From a virus (taxonomy: Duplodnaviria > Caudoviricetes): DNA of 32,093 nt. The position numbers and the translations under genes were made by a program. This document shows positions 1 through 8,051 of this stretch, in pieces. Numbering within the stretch: position 1 is the stretch's first letter; each line of letters begins with the position of its first letter. The stretch lies in the IMG/VR virus record IMGVR_UViG_3300012347_000179, positions 1 through 32,093 of that record; one strand, 5' to 3'. A model generated the notes under the pieces. The model worked only from the letters and a program-made list of their open reading frames with translations. It made no database searches and was not told the origin of the DNA.

Positions 1-150
1 GTCGGCTGAACTCAAGTTGGCTGAACTCAAGTCGGCTGAACTCAAGTTGGCTGAACTCAAGTTGGCTGAACGCAAGTCGGCTGAACGCAAGTCGGCTGAA
101 CGCAAGTTGGCTGAACGCAAGTCGGCTGAACGCAAGTTGGCTGAACTCAA
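1..150. repeat. 15-nt tandem repeat GTYGGCTGAACKCAA, 10 copies
   Basis: Directly visible; only two positions vary. Confidence 0.97.
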
Positions 151-264
151 AGAAACTTTTTCTTTAACCGCTTTTTCTACTGCATCTTTAATAGTTGCGT
201 TTTCTGCTTCATAGATAAATAATACATTACCAAAAATACTTTTAATTTCAATTTTTGTTTTCAT
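1..264 (-). CDS. Pentapeptide-repeat protein, N-terminal part (continues at 32093-31816 across the window ends)
   Basis: ATG at 264 reads [38 protein letters not shown] followed by L(S/R)SA(N/D) x10, open to base 1. It has an upstream TAnnTTTG promoter and an A-rich leader. Absent from the ORF track. Confidence 0.9.
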   Translation of the reverse strand, partial: MKTKIEIKSIFGNVLFIYEAENATIKDAVEKAVKEKVSLSSANLRSADLRSANLRSADLRSADLRSANLSSANLSSADLSSANLSSAD

Positions 265-295
265 AATATTTTGTTTTAATTGTTATTTGATAGGG

Positions 296-337
296 CAAAT
301 ATAGAAAGAATATTTTTACTAAAAAAATTTTTTAGTA
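296..337 (-). promoter_or_regulatory. Early promoter (TATATTTG -7 element, 296-303) with 21-bp palindromic operator (317-337)
   Basis: Matches the Bacteroidota housekeeping -7 consensus TAnnTTTG; TACTAAAAAA-A-TTTTTTAGTA is a perfect palindrome. Confidence 0.75.
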
Positions 338-347
338 TTTATTTTAT

Positions 348-377
348 AAAAAAAGAGCTAATTTTTTGTTAGCCCTT
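348..377 (-). terminator. Intrinsic terminator after the lysis region
   Basis: Minus strand reads AAGGGCTAA-CAAAAAA-TTAGCTCTT followed by a T run. Confidence 0.75.
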
Positions 378-398
378 GAAAACATTGGTAAAATTATT

Positions 399-1019
399 TT
401 AAAATATTTTTAAATAATATCCAATACCTATTCTTTTTTCTGTATCAAATGAAGCATTTAGTATATTACCACGTTTATTTTTAATACCAATTCCTGCAGA
501 AAATAAAGGTTTATTTAAAAGTAAAGTATTTGCCACGTTTACACCTAAATATAAATTGTTTTTTGGTTTGGGTGCATCTACTTTTAATTCTTGTGGCTTT
601 ATTGTGTAGTCTAAACGCATTTGCTTTATATTACCCATCACTTCGCCTGAAACTTGAGCGTTTATATAGTTATCGTCAAATGATTGCTTAAAAGCGTTTA
701 TTTCGATTGCTTTGTTATACGCTTGTATTTGTTGCAAACTATCCATTTTTAAAAACTCTAATTGCATCTTATTATTTTCTTCAAATAGTTTATCTATTTG
801 GTTTACATAAAAGCCACTACCTGCAGTATCTTTTATTGTTCTAACAATAGGTACGTTAATTACTTTTTCTTTTGTTACAATAGAGCCTTTTATTTCTTTA
901 GTAACTACTTTAATTTTTTCGGCTGTTTGTGTTTCAGTATTGCAACCTCTAAAAAATAGTACTGCAAATAATAACACCCAACCTAAATAAGCTAAATAAT
1001 CTATTTTTTTACTTTCCAT
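399..1019 (-). CDS. Membrane-anchored protein, putative spanin-like lysis protein
   Basis: N-terminal hydrophobic helix followed by FRGC, a helical middle, and amphipathic C-terminal beta strands ending in Phe; last gene of the lysis region. Confidence 0.55.
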   Translation of the reverse strand: MESKKIDYLAYLGWVLLFAVLFFRGCNTETQTAEKIKVVTKEIKGSIVTKEKVINVPIVRTIKDTAGSGFYVNQIDKLFEENNKMQLEFLKMDSLQQIQAYNKAIEINAFKQSFDDNYINAQVSGEVMGNIKQMRLDYTIKPQELKVDAPKPKNNLYLGVNVANTLLLNKPLFSAGIGIKNKRGNILNASFDTEKRIGIGYYLKIF

Positions 1020-1125
1020 ATTTTAAATGTATTATTTTATGATATACTTTATTTACGCTTTCTTTATTACAACCTCTGTTATAATAGAATTTTATAATTC
1101 TTAATACTCTTTGTAAATCTGACAT
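1009..1125 (-). CDS. Small hypothetical protein (38 aa, MSDLQRVLRIIKFYYNRG...)
   Basis: Hand-translated; exactly fills the gap between neighbouring genes. Confidence 0.6.
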   Translation of the reverse strand: MSDLQRVLRIIKFYYNRGCNKESVNKVYHKIIHLKYGK

Positions 1126-1127
1126 AT

Positions 1128-1340
1128 TTATATTTTTTTAATTTCTTTTATTACTTCTTCCCAATATTCATTTTCTTTATTCCATTCATCTTCATCGCAC
1201 ATATTAAAACATATTGCATCCAATATATTATCAACTACTATTAATGCACATTCTTTTTTTTCGTGTATAGATAAGTCTGTTTTATAATTTAAAAAATTAT
1301 ACTTATTTATTAACTCTATTGCTTTTTCTTTTGCTTCCAT
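1128..1340 (-). CDS. Small protein, AKxCALI paralogue family
   Basis: KKECALIVVD...YWEEVIKEIKKI resembles 22975, 30975 and 10494. Confidence 0.8.
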   Translation of the reverse strand: MEAKEKAIELINKYNFLNYKTDLSIHEKKECALIVVDNILDAICFNMCDEDEWNKENEYWEEVIKEIKKI

Positions 1341-1341
1341 A

Positions 1342-2544
1342 TTAAAATATTATAGGATTAATACTTTTTTGGTTTTCGTAATAGTTAAAAATAATAAAAC
1401 TGCTATTTGTGTTTTTAAAGTTTGTTTTTACCCAGTCGCTTGGCGGACTAAATGCCCCAAAGTTTTGATATTCAAAAGCAGATGAAGAAGTAAAATCTAA
1501 TAATAATTGGTGGCTATCACCCTTGCTAAATTCTATTGTATAGTTATGTAGTCTATACTCATCAATATAATTTTTAATTTTTTCAATTTGTACAGCATCT
1601 AAATGCGGTTTAAAACCAAACTTCATATTTTTATCATCCTTACCGTGAGTTAAAATAAAACATCTGTTTTCTACGATATAATGGTCTATAAATTTTCTTT
1701 GATTGACTACCTTAACATTTTCGTATTTAAGCTCTATATATGCTTTAAATGCACTATTAACAATATATCCAAAACTTCCAGCGTGGTTATCATTACAAAT
1801 ATTAATACATTCTATACTATTGTAGTAAGGAATTAAAGCATCTATTAAACGTATTTTAAAACCTAACCCAACATCAAACGCTTTTTGGTTATCCATATTT
1901 TGCGGTAAACTATGCCCACCACGAGTAGTTACTGCATCATAGCCATCCATAAAATCGCCAAGCTCGTGTATAATTAAAGTATCTGATTGCTTGTTAATTA
2001 AAGTTTGTGAAACCATAATTTCTAAACGTTTTTCTACTTCTGCTTCATTCCAAACGCCATCATATAAACTATATCCGTTTTGGTTTACTTCCATACCAAT
2101 ATGCACATCAGTATAAACTAACCTGTCAAATATTGATAAATCTAATTTGTTTGAAATTTTAGGTAATTTAATTGGCTTAACTAAATCTTTAAAAATATTA
2201 GTGAAATCAATTTCTTTTTCTAATTCTACTTCTGTTTGTGGTTCTATGTATTCTGGGTTCTTTACAAATATACTACTTTGCTTTGTTTTAAGCCACATAT
2301 GTTTAACCGAAGTATTAGGTACATCTAAATCATTTGTAGCATTATAAATACCCTCGTGCTGGTCTAATAATCTTGCTCTATGCCTTTTAATATATGTGCG
2401 AAGTAAATCTACATCACTATTAACATTACCACCATCATTAGTATTTAATAGTTTTTTAGCTATTTCTGTATCAGTACAATTTTTATTAGCTTGTAATAAT
2501 TCAGTTAATTGTACATCGTAATCATTCCATTTTGAAAATCTCAT
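1342..2544 (-). CDS. Calcineurin-like metallophosphoesterase with N-terminal extension
   Basis: Motifs TDVHIG, LGDFMDG, NDNH, THG and GDSH occur in canonical order. Confidence 0.8.
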   Translation of the reverse strand: MRFSKWNDYDVQLTELLQANKNCTDTEIAKKLLNTNDGGNVNSDVDLLRTYIKRHRARLLDQHEGIYNATNDLDVPNTSVKHMWLKTKQSSIFVKNPEYIEPQTEVELEKEIDFTNIFKDLVKPIKLPKISNKLDLSIFDRLVYTDVHIGMEVNQNGYSLYDGVWNEAEVEKRLEIMVSQTLINKQSDTLIIHELGDFMDGYDAVTTRGGHSLPQNMDNQKAFDVGLGFKIRLIDALIPYYNSIECINICNDNHAGSFGYIVNSAFKAYIELKYENVKVVNQRKFIDHYIVENRCFILTHGKDDKNMKFGFKPHLDAVQIEKIKNYIDEYRLHNYTIEFSKGDSHQLLLDFTSSSAFEYQNFGAFSPPSDWVKTNFKNTNSSFIIFNYYENQKSINPIIF

Positions 2545-2568
2545 AACTTATTTGTTTAAAAGTTTCAA

Positions 2569-2598
2569 CAAATATATAAAAATATTTTGTATATCAAA
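2569..2598 (-). promoter_or_regulatory. Host-type promoter for the phosphoesterase operon
   Basis: Minus strand TTTG-N18-TATATTTG. Confidence 0.7.
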
Positions 2599-2615
2599 AA
2601 AATATGTTATATTTG
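2586..2615 (+). promoter_or_regulatory. Host-type promoter on the plus strand with no downstream ORF
   Basis: TTTG (2586-2589)-N18-TATATTTG (2608-2615). Confidence 0.65.
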
Positions 2616-2619
2616 CGTA

Positions 2620-2682
2620 TTCATAATTTGTTTTGATTAATAGTTAAGAAAAAACCCTTGCAGTATTTGTAAGGGTTTTTTT
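2620..2682 (+). ncRNA. Candidate ~62-nt small RNA antisense to translation-initiation regions
   Basis: Bounded by a plus-strand promoter and a terminator; the 5' part TTCATAATTTGTTTTGATT is complementary to early-gene leaders. Confidence 0.5.
2649..2682. terminator. Bidirectional intrinsic terminator
   Basis: AAAAAA-CCCTTGCA-GTATT-TGTAAGGG-TTTTTTT, immediately downstream of the endolysin stop. Confidence 0.85.
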
Positions 2683-2684
2683 GA

Positions 2685-3092
2685 TTAAATGTTTTTATAT
2701 TCTTGCTTGGCTTCAAAACTCGGACAGGCTTTATTTACGCCAAAATCTTTATGTCCCTGGACTATTGCGTTAGGAAATTGTTTTTTAGCTTGTTTTATTA
2801 GATATAATAAACTTTCTTTTTGTTTTGGTGTTCTGGTATCTTTTGGCTTTCCTTTTTCATCTATACCACCAATATAACTAAAATGTATTGAATTAGAATT
2901 ATAACCTTTAACACCGTTAGTAATTTGCTCATAGTTTGCTAATTCGTGTATAATTCCGTTAGCATCTATTAACCTATGATAACCTACAGAATTCCATTTT
3001 AAAACATCTTTCCAATAGTTTAAAATTGCTTGTTTTGTAGCGTTTGGCTGTGAAGCTGTGCAATGAATTACTATATAATCAATATTTCTCAT
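2685..3092 (-). CDS. Endolysin, N-acetylmuramoyl-L-alanine amidase (T7 lysozyme-like, Amidase_2)
   Basis: IVIHCTA, GYH, YIGG, GHKDF and KACPSF motifs. Confidence 0.93.
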   Translation of the reverse strand: MRNIDYIVIHCTASQPNATKQAILNYWKDVLKWNSVGYHRLIDANGIIHELANYEQITNGVKGYNSNSIHFSYIGGIDEKGKPKDTRTPKQKESLLYLIKQAKKQFPNAIVQGHKDFGVNKACPSFEAKQEYKNI

Positions 3093-3246
3093 CTTTCTTT
3101 TTTCTTAAAGTTTCTATTGTTTTTAATACCGTATAGAATATAGAGGCAATTAATAGAATTATTTTTAAAGCGTTTTCTATGTTAGAGAAACTTAAAGCCA
3201 TTGTTATAGTATTTAAAAAATACAATTTTAGATCGTTATGCGACAT
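3079..3246 (-). CDS. Small membrane protein (55 aa), holin or antiholin candidate
   Basis: Hand-translated MSHNDLKLYFLNTITMALSFSNIENALKIILLIASIFYTVLKTIETLRKKKDEKY: hydrophobic helix plus basic tail, overlapping both neighbours. Confidence 0.7.
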   Translation of the reverse strand: MSHNDLKLYFLNTITMALSFSNIENALKIILLIASIFYTVLKTIETLRKKKDEKY

Positions 3247-3433
3247 TTTTATTTTTCATTAATCGTTCAACAATATTCGTTACTCCCTCTATAGTTATAT
3301 AAGAAGTAGAAACTATTACCCAATCAGTAGAAGTAATAACTCCAAAGAATAAACCTATCGAAGCTATTACAAATACTGTTAGTTTTCTACTTAACCACTT
3401 ATTTAAAAATAAATCTATTTTCTGTCTATTCAT
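3236..3433 (-). CDS. Putative holin
   Basis: 65 aa, SRK followed by two hydrophobic segments; upstream of the endolysin. Confidence 0.7.
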   Translation of the reverse strand: MNRQKIDLFLNKWLSRKLTVFVIASIGLFFGVITSTDWVIVSTSYITIEGVTNIVERLMKNKNVA

Positions 3434-3741
3434 TACGAAGCAAAAGTATGTTTAGGGTTATTTACTTGTATTTCATTACTACCGAAATCTATTTTATTTT
3501 CACTCATAACGTCAAAATGGTAACCATCTGCGTAAATAGGCTCTTTAATTACATTAAATTTCTCATCATAAGTACCATTCTCTAAAACGATTAAACCTAA
3601 TTCTACAATAGCTTGTATACCTTGTCCGTAAGCTAAAGTAATTTCTTTGTTAATGTTTTGTATTTCTACATAAACTTTTTTTGCTAATAAATCAGCTATT
3701 GCAGTTTCTTTGTCTGTGTATTTTAATCTATATATGTACAT
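3433..3741 (-). CDS. Fibre-associated or assembly protein (putative)
   Basis: Directly follows the fibre gene; function inferred from position only. Confidence 0.5.
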   Translation of the reverse strand: MYIYRLKYTDKETAIADLLAKKVYVEIQNINKEITLAYGQGIQAIVELGLIVLENGTYDEKFNVIKEPIYADGYHFDVMSENKIDFGSNEIQVNNPKHTFAS

Positions 3742-3742
3742 A

Positions 3743-4963
3743 TTAAATAGTTGTTAGTTCTGCTAATTCAGCATTAGTTAAACGTGTTTTCCAAATAATA
3801 GAAGTATTTATATTTGTATTTTTAGGGTTTGTATCTGAACCTAAATTACCTAAATATAAATTATTAAAACTTGGGAATGTAATTGCACCTAAAGTACCAA
3901 CTGAAACACCATCTAAATATGCGACAACTTGACTTGAATTATAAGCAATTGCTAATCTATGTTTACCTGTTGTTAAAGTTGTTGTTTCTATAGTACCTTG
4001 TAAAGATGCACTATTATTAAATATAGTTATATAAGCTTTATTTGAATAACACTCAATAGCTAAATTGTTAAAGTAACTTCCATTTCCGCTTCCAATTATA
4101 AAACTTTCAATACCTTGTTTAAAATTAAAATCTACAAAAATTGTCCCCTCTGTTTGCCCTATTAAACTACTTATACCTGTTTTAGAAATTACATCTGCGT
4201 TTCTTGTTACTGCTGCTGAAGTTGTAGGAATGTATGAAGTAGCGTATGAACCTGCTTCTATTTGAGCACCCCAAATAAAAATGCCAGATGTTCCGTTACC
4301 TGTTTGCCCTACTCTTAAATCATATTTTACAGTACTTGTAGTACTACTTGGTGTGGTAAAAGATATTTTATACCAACCATCTTTAAATAATTCTGCTTTA
4401 GGACTTATAAATTGGCTTGAATCTTCATTAGTAATTGTTCCATTATTTAAATTTATAGTTAAAAAAGAACCTGTTACTAATCTTTCTCTAAATCTAATTG
4501 TATTAAATTCTGATGCTTTTGCATAAATAGAATATGTATAAGTTCCTGCTGATAAAGTATTTACTTGTATTAATCCTATTAATTCATTAGAATTTGGTAA
4601 AATACCATTATTTACTATTAATTTATCAGCTGTTGTAGTTCCATCAGGTGCAGTAGCAACATTAGAAGATAAAGTAGCGTCAAATTTTAACCAATTTGAA
4701 TTGCTGAAATCCTCACTATAAGTAAAATTATTCGTTCTTTGTGGTTCTACTAATATACTCGGACAAGTTCCGTTTGTATAGTCTAAACGTGGTACGTTAC
4801 TCGCTACGCTTTCAATTAAACCTGCACTATTAACTCTTGTTGCTGTTGTTGCTCTTGTAACACTTAAATCACCACTTCCATCAGTTGGTTTTATAGCGTA
4901 TAACTTACTCGCTTTTGTTCCGTTTGGCGTTACTACCAAAGAAGCACTTTCAAATAAACTCAT
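3743..4963 (-). CDS. Virion fibre/spike protein with carbohydrate-binding and C-terminal LamG/ConA-like domains
   Basis: TRATTATRVNSAGLIE...PRLDY...LVEPQRTN, WGAQIEAGSYATSYIPT and terminal RLTNAELAELT are motifs typical of these fibres. Confidence 0.75.
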   Translation of the reverse strand: MSLFESASLVVTPNGTKASKLYAIKPTDGSGDLSVTRATTATRVNSAGLIESVASNVPRLDYTNGTCPSILVEPQRTNNFTYSEDFSNSNWLKFDATLSSNVATAPDGTTTADKLIVNNGILPNSNELIGLIQVNTLSAGTYTYSIYAKASEFNTIRFRERLVTGSFLTINLNNGTITNEDSSQFISPKAELFKDGWYKISFTTPSSTTSTVKYDLRVGQTGNGTSGIFIWGAQIEAGSYATSYIPTTSAAVTRNADVISKTGISSLIGQTEGTIFVDFNFKQGIESFIIGSGNGSYFNNLAIECYSNKAYITIFNNSASLQGTIETTTLTTGKHRLAIAYNSSQVVAYLDGVSVGTLGAITFPSFNNLYLGNLGSDTNPKNTNINTSIIWKTRLTNAELAELTTI

Positions 4964-5199
4964 TATATATTTTCTATTAAATTAATTAAACATTGTTTAG
5001 CTTCAAATACTCCACTATCTGTAGCAATTCTTGCTATAAAGTCTATAACAGCTTCTATTTCATTACCTAAAATTTCAGTTTGTTCTGCATCACTAACAGA
5101 ATAAATAGAACCCCAAGATATATCATTATTTATAGCACCTTGACCCCAACCTATATCGTTGTTATTCACGCCTTGCCCCCAATCTATACTATTTGCCAT
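4963..5199 (-). CDS. Small virion protein with three WG repeats and a C-terminal helix motif shared with the tail protein
   Basis: IDWGQG/IGWGQG/ISWGS repeats; FIARIATDSGVFEAKQCL; coupled to the fibre gene by TAATG overlap. Confidence 0.7.
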   Translation of the reverse strand: MANSIDWGQGVNNNDIGWGQGAINNDISWGSIYSVSDAEQTEILGNEIEAVIDFIARIATDSGVFEAKQCLINLIENI

Positions 5200-5308
5200 T
5201 ATTAGATTTTAAAGTTTCTACTTTTTTTAATTGCTCAACTTTTGCTAAATATAAATTTAACTTTTTAAAGTTTTTAATTTTTACGTTATTATAAGTACCA
5301 GCCACCAT
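5189..5308 (-). CDS. Small basic protein (39 aa, MVAGTYNNVKIKNFKKLNLYL...)
   Basis: Hand-translated; bridges the gap between neighbours. Confidence 0.5.
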   Translation of the reverse strand: MVAGTYNNVKIKNFKKLNLYLAKVEQLKKVETLKSNNGK

Positions 5309-5801
5309 AAAAATTATTAGTATCAGGATTTACATCCTCGTTATTATTTCCATTATATTCAGGGTAAGTATTAGTATTATAACACATAAAATCTATAAAC
5401 CTTTGTGTATAACTTTCAGCTATATCCCTTTCTTTTTCTACTAAAAAATCAACTTCTGCTTTGTCTACATTTGTAGCGTTTTCAGAAGTGTGTTTAAACA
5501 AACCTTTATTACTTAATGTGTATGCAGCAAATGGTAAATAGTAAACCATTGCCCAATGAATAAGCATAGGCTTAACGTAAGTAGTTAAAAGATTTTTATA
5601 ATCTATAAACTCTGCTTCGTTAATATCGTCGTTTAAAATCAAATCCTGTAACTTTTTGTAAAGTTTAGAACCTAAATAATTTTGAATAGTAATATCTTGG
5701 CTAATTTTGATATACTCGATAAAATCGTCAGCATCTAAATTACCATTTGTAATTGTAAATTTCTTTACATCTTCTGTACTTATTAATAATGCGTAAGCCA
5801 T
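5289..5801 (-). CDS. Putative head-tail adaptor
   Basis: Helical 170-aa protein directly after the portal, starting LLISTEDVK. Confidence 0.65.
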   Translation of the reverse strand: MAYALLISTEDVKKFTITNGNLDADDFIEYIKISQDITIQNYLGSKLYKKLQDLILNDDINEAEFIDYKNLLTTYVKPMLIHWAMVYYLPFAAYTLSNKGLFKHTSENATNVDKAEVDFLVEKERDIAESYTQRFIDFMCYNTNTYPEYNGNNNEDVNPDTNNFYGGWYL

Positions 5802-5804
5802 ATC

Positions 5805-7622
5805 TTAATTTGTTTTAGGTAAAAATCCCTTGTTAGGCATATCTATCGGTCTTTGTGCTACTAAATTTGGGTTTTTAATAACGTATCCGTATTTCTCTGC
5901 TTTAGCACCTGCTATCTGTTTTGCTTTTGGTGAATTAACATCAATATTTACACCCTCAAAACTTGCGTAAACTTGCTTATTCCACCTATGATGGCAAGCA
6001 CCACCGCCTTTATAAAACCAAACATCTACAAAAGGCGAACCATTAGCACCTAAACCTTTTTGCTCTCCCTCGTTATTAGTTCTAACCTCATTTACTATTT
6101 TGCTTGACATAGCAACAATATCTTCTTTACGATATATTTTTTTTGCTTCAATCATTTTTTTGCAAAATAATCTACTCTTTGAAGAAGTTTCTCCTGCATA
6201 TACATATCTTGTAATAAATCTAATACCGTCTATATTTTCATCTTGCTCACTTCTTGCGTTACCTCTTGCAGTTCCTGTACTTACAAAATTATACGCTTTG
6301 CTTAATAAACTTTGTTTAGGCTCTTTAGATAATAATTCATTTTCTGCATCATCATTATCATAATCTACTTCGCTTTCATCAATTAAAAGCCATTTATCGT
6401 TAGGCGTTTCTCCTAATTGAATTAAAGTATCTGCTACTTCATTATCAGAATTATCTTCGCTTAAACAACAAGTATGTGCAGATAATTGTGTCCCTGTTTC
6501 TTCTGTTACTTGGTCTGTAGTTTGTGCATTTGTTAAATCTGTAAATTCTAAAGGCTGTATTGTTTTAAAGTATAATTTTAACTTAATATCATTAACAGCT
6601 AAAATAATATCTAACGCATCGATAATCTCTAATTGATAAGGTTTGATAACTAAATTATCATATAACAAAGTAGCTGTTTTAATTTCATCAGCATTATTAC
6701 TAAAACCACCACCAGCATCACGAATACCTAAAAGCATTGGCGAAGTAACTCTATGCCCTACAACTAATTTTTCAAAACATTCTTTACTTAAATATTCGTA
6801 ATGTGCAGGTGCATCATTTAAAGGTATATCATCTACAGTAGTTTTGTTTTCTACCGAGCTGTTAAATCCTACAATTACTTTTTCACCCCTTGCACCTGTT
6901 AATTTTCTTTTAACCTCGTTTGCAATTTCTTCTCTTTTTTCTTCTGGTGGTACACCATTATTAAAATTGATAACTTTAGTACCACTAAAGCCATTCATTA
7001 CATCATTAATAAGGTAGTCTGAAACTTCTTCTTCTAACTTTGCATAAGGTAAAGCTCCTGAATAATCAATCGGAGTGTAATAATGGTAACCACTAATATA
7101 AGGCTTAATAATGTATAACTCTACTTCTTTACCATCACCAAAACCAAAAGCAGGAATACGTTTTATTTCTTCACTTGGTTTTTTATTAGCCCAATCAGGA
7201 TGATAATACCACGCTTCAATTTCTCCTTTGTCGTTACATTTTTCAGCACGTAAAGTATGCATTGGAAAATGGTCTACAAATTTAACCTCTCCTTTTTCAT
7301 AACCTACTTGCATAGCTGCCATTCCTAATAGCTTTCTTTCTAAACCAATTTTCTTTAAACAATTTGGTTTAATAATAGAAATCATTTTAGCGTACTCATC
7401 AGGTTTTTTATTAGCGTCTAATGCTGATATACCTTTTCCGTAAATCATATTAGAAACCCCTGTTATAATAGCGTTATTAGTTGTGCTGTATAAATACCTT
7501 TCAATTAAAAAATTAAAGTAATTATTATCTAATCCGTATTCTACAAATTCACCTTTTTTACTTTCGTTTATTTGTGGCGAAGTATATGCACTTAAATTTA
7601 AAATGTGAAACATATTATTCAA
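5805..7622 (-). CDS. Portal protein with C-terminal extra domain
   Basis: Portal-like core (YYTPIDY, GHRVTSPMLLGI, VIKPYQ), an acidic linker, then an SRLFCKKM...YKGGGACHHRW domain. Confidence 0.8.
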   Translation of the reverse strand: MNNMFHILNLSAYTSPQINESKKGEFVEYGLDNNYFNFLIERYLYSTTNNAIITGVSNMIYGKGISALDANKKPDEYAKMISIIKPNCLKKIGLERKLLGMAAMQVGYEKGEVKFVDHFPMHTLRAEKCNDKGEIEAWYYHPDWANKKPSEEIKRIPAFGFGDGKEVELYIIKPYISGYHYYTPIDYSGALPYAKLEEEVSDYLINDVMNGFSGTKVINFNNGVPPEEKREEIANEVKRKLTGARGEKVIVGFNSSVENKTTVDDIPLNDAPAHYEYLSKECFEKLVVGHRVTSPMLLGIRDAGGGFSNNADEIKTATLLYDNLVIKPYQLEIIDALDIILAVNDIKLKLYFKTIQPLEFTDLTNAQTTDQVTEETGTQLSAHTCCLSEDNSDNEVADTLIQLGETPNDKWLLIDESEVDYDNDDAENELLSKEPKQSLLSKAYNFVSTGTARGNARSEQDENIDGIRFITRYVYAGETSSKSRLFCKKMIEAKKIYRKEDIVAMSSKIVNEVRTNNEGEQKGLGANGSPFVDVWFYKGGGACHHRWNKQVYASFEGVNIDVNSPKAKQIAGAKAEKYGYVIKNPNLVAQRPIDMPNKGFLPKTN

Positions 7623-7944
7623 ATATTTTATAATCGTTATTTGTTACGTGTTGAGTATATTGGTCTTTGTTAATCGTATAACTTGCAATAGTTTGATTTG
7701 TACAAAATACCTTATCTCTATAAACTACATCAGTACCATTTAAAATAGTAAGAGTATAGTATTTATTTTCTTTTATTGGAAATATTGCAGAAGTTGCTAC
7801 GTAATATCTATCTATTGAAAACGTGCAATTAATCTCAACTTCTATGTTTGTTTCTTCATCTCGTAATACAATAGCATCAGCATCACTACCATAAATAATA
7901 GCGTTTAATGTTTGTGCTGTTTCTTGTTCTCTTAAGATTATCAT
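7615..7944 (-). CDS. Hypothetical virion protein (beta-rich)
   Basis: Located in the structural module, preceded by the late motif. Confidence 0.6.
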   Translation of the reverse strand: MIILREQETAQTLNAIIYGSDADAIVLRDEETNIEVEINCTFSIDRYYVATSAIFPIKENKYYTLTILNGTDVVYRDKVFCTNQTIASYTINKDQYTQHVTNNDYKIFE

Positions 7945-7949
7945 ATTGT

Positions 7950-7981
7950 TTTATTTAAAAACACAAAAGTTATGTTTTTGT
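7950..7981 (-). promoter_or_regulatory. Putative late promoter ACAA-N14-TGTTTTTAAATAAA (portal operon)
   Basis: Same motif and spacing at 10177, 12070 and 19413. Confidence 0.75.
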
Positions 7982-7994
7982 TTCGACATATTAT

Positions 7995-8030
7995 AAAAAA
8001 AAAGCGAGAATTGTTTAAAATCTCGCTTTT
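7995..8030 (-). terminator. Intrinsic terminator after the major tail gene
   Basis: AAAAGCGAGA...TCTCGCTTTT stem followed by a T9 run on the minus strand. Confidence 0.85.
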
Positions 8031-8051
8031 CAAAGTATTTATTAATTAAAT

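Noticed and set aside
1-150. CRISPR array or direct terminal repeat
   Set aside because: Contiguous 15-nt units with no spacers, encoding pentapeptide repeats; better explained as an assembly break in a coding repeat.
17-214. Plus-strand [13 protein letters not shown]
   Set aside because: Antisense shadow of the pentapeptide gene; no leader or promoter.
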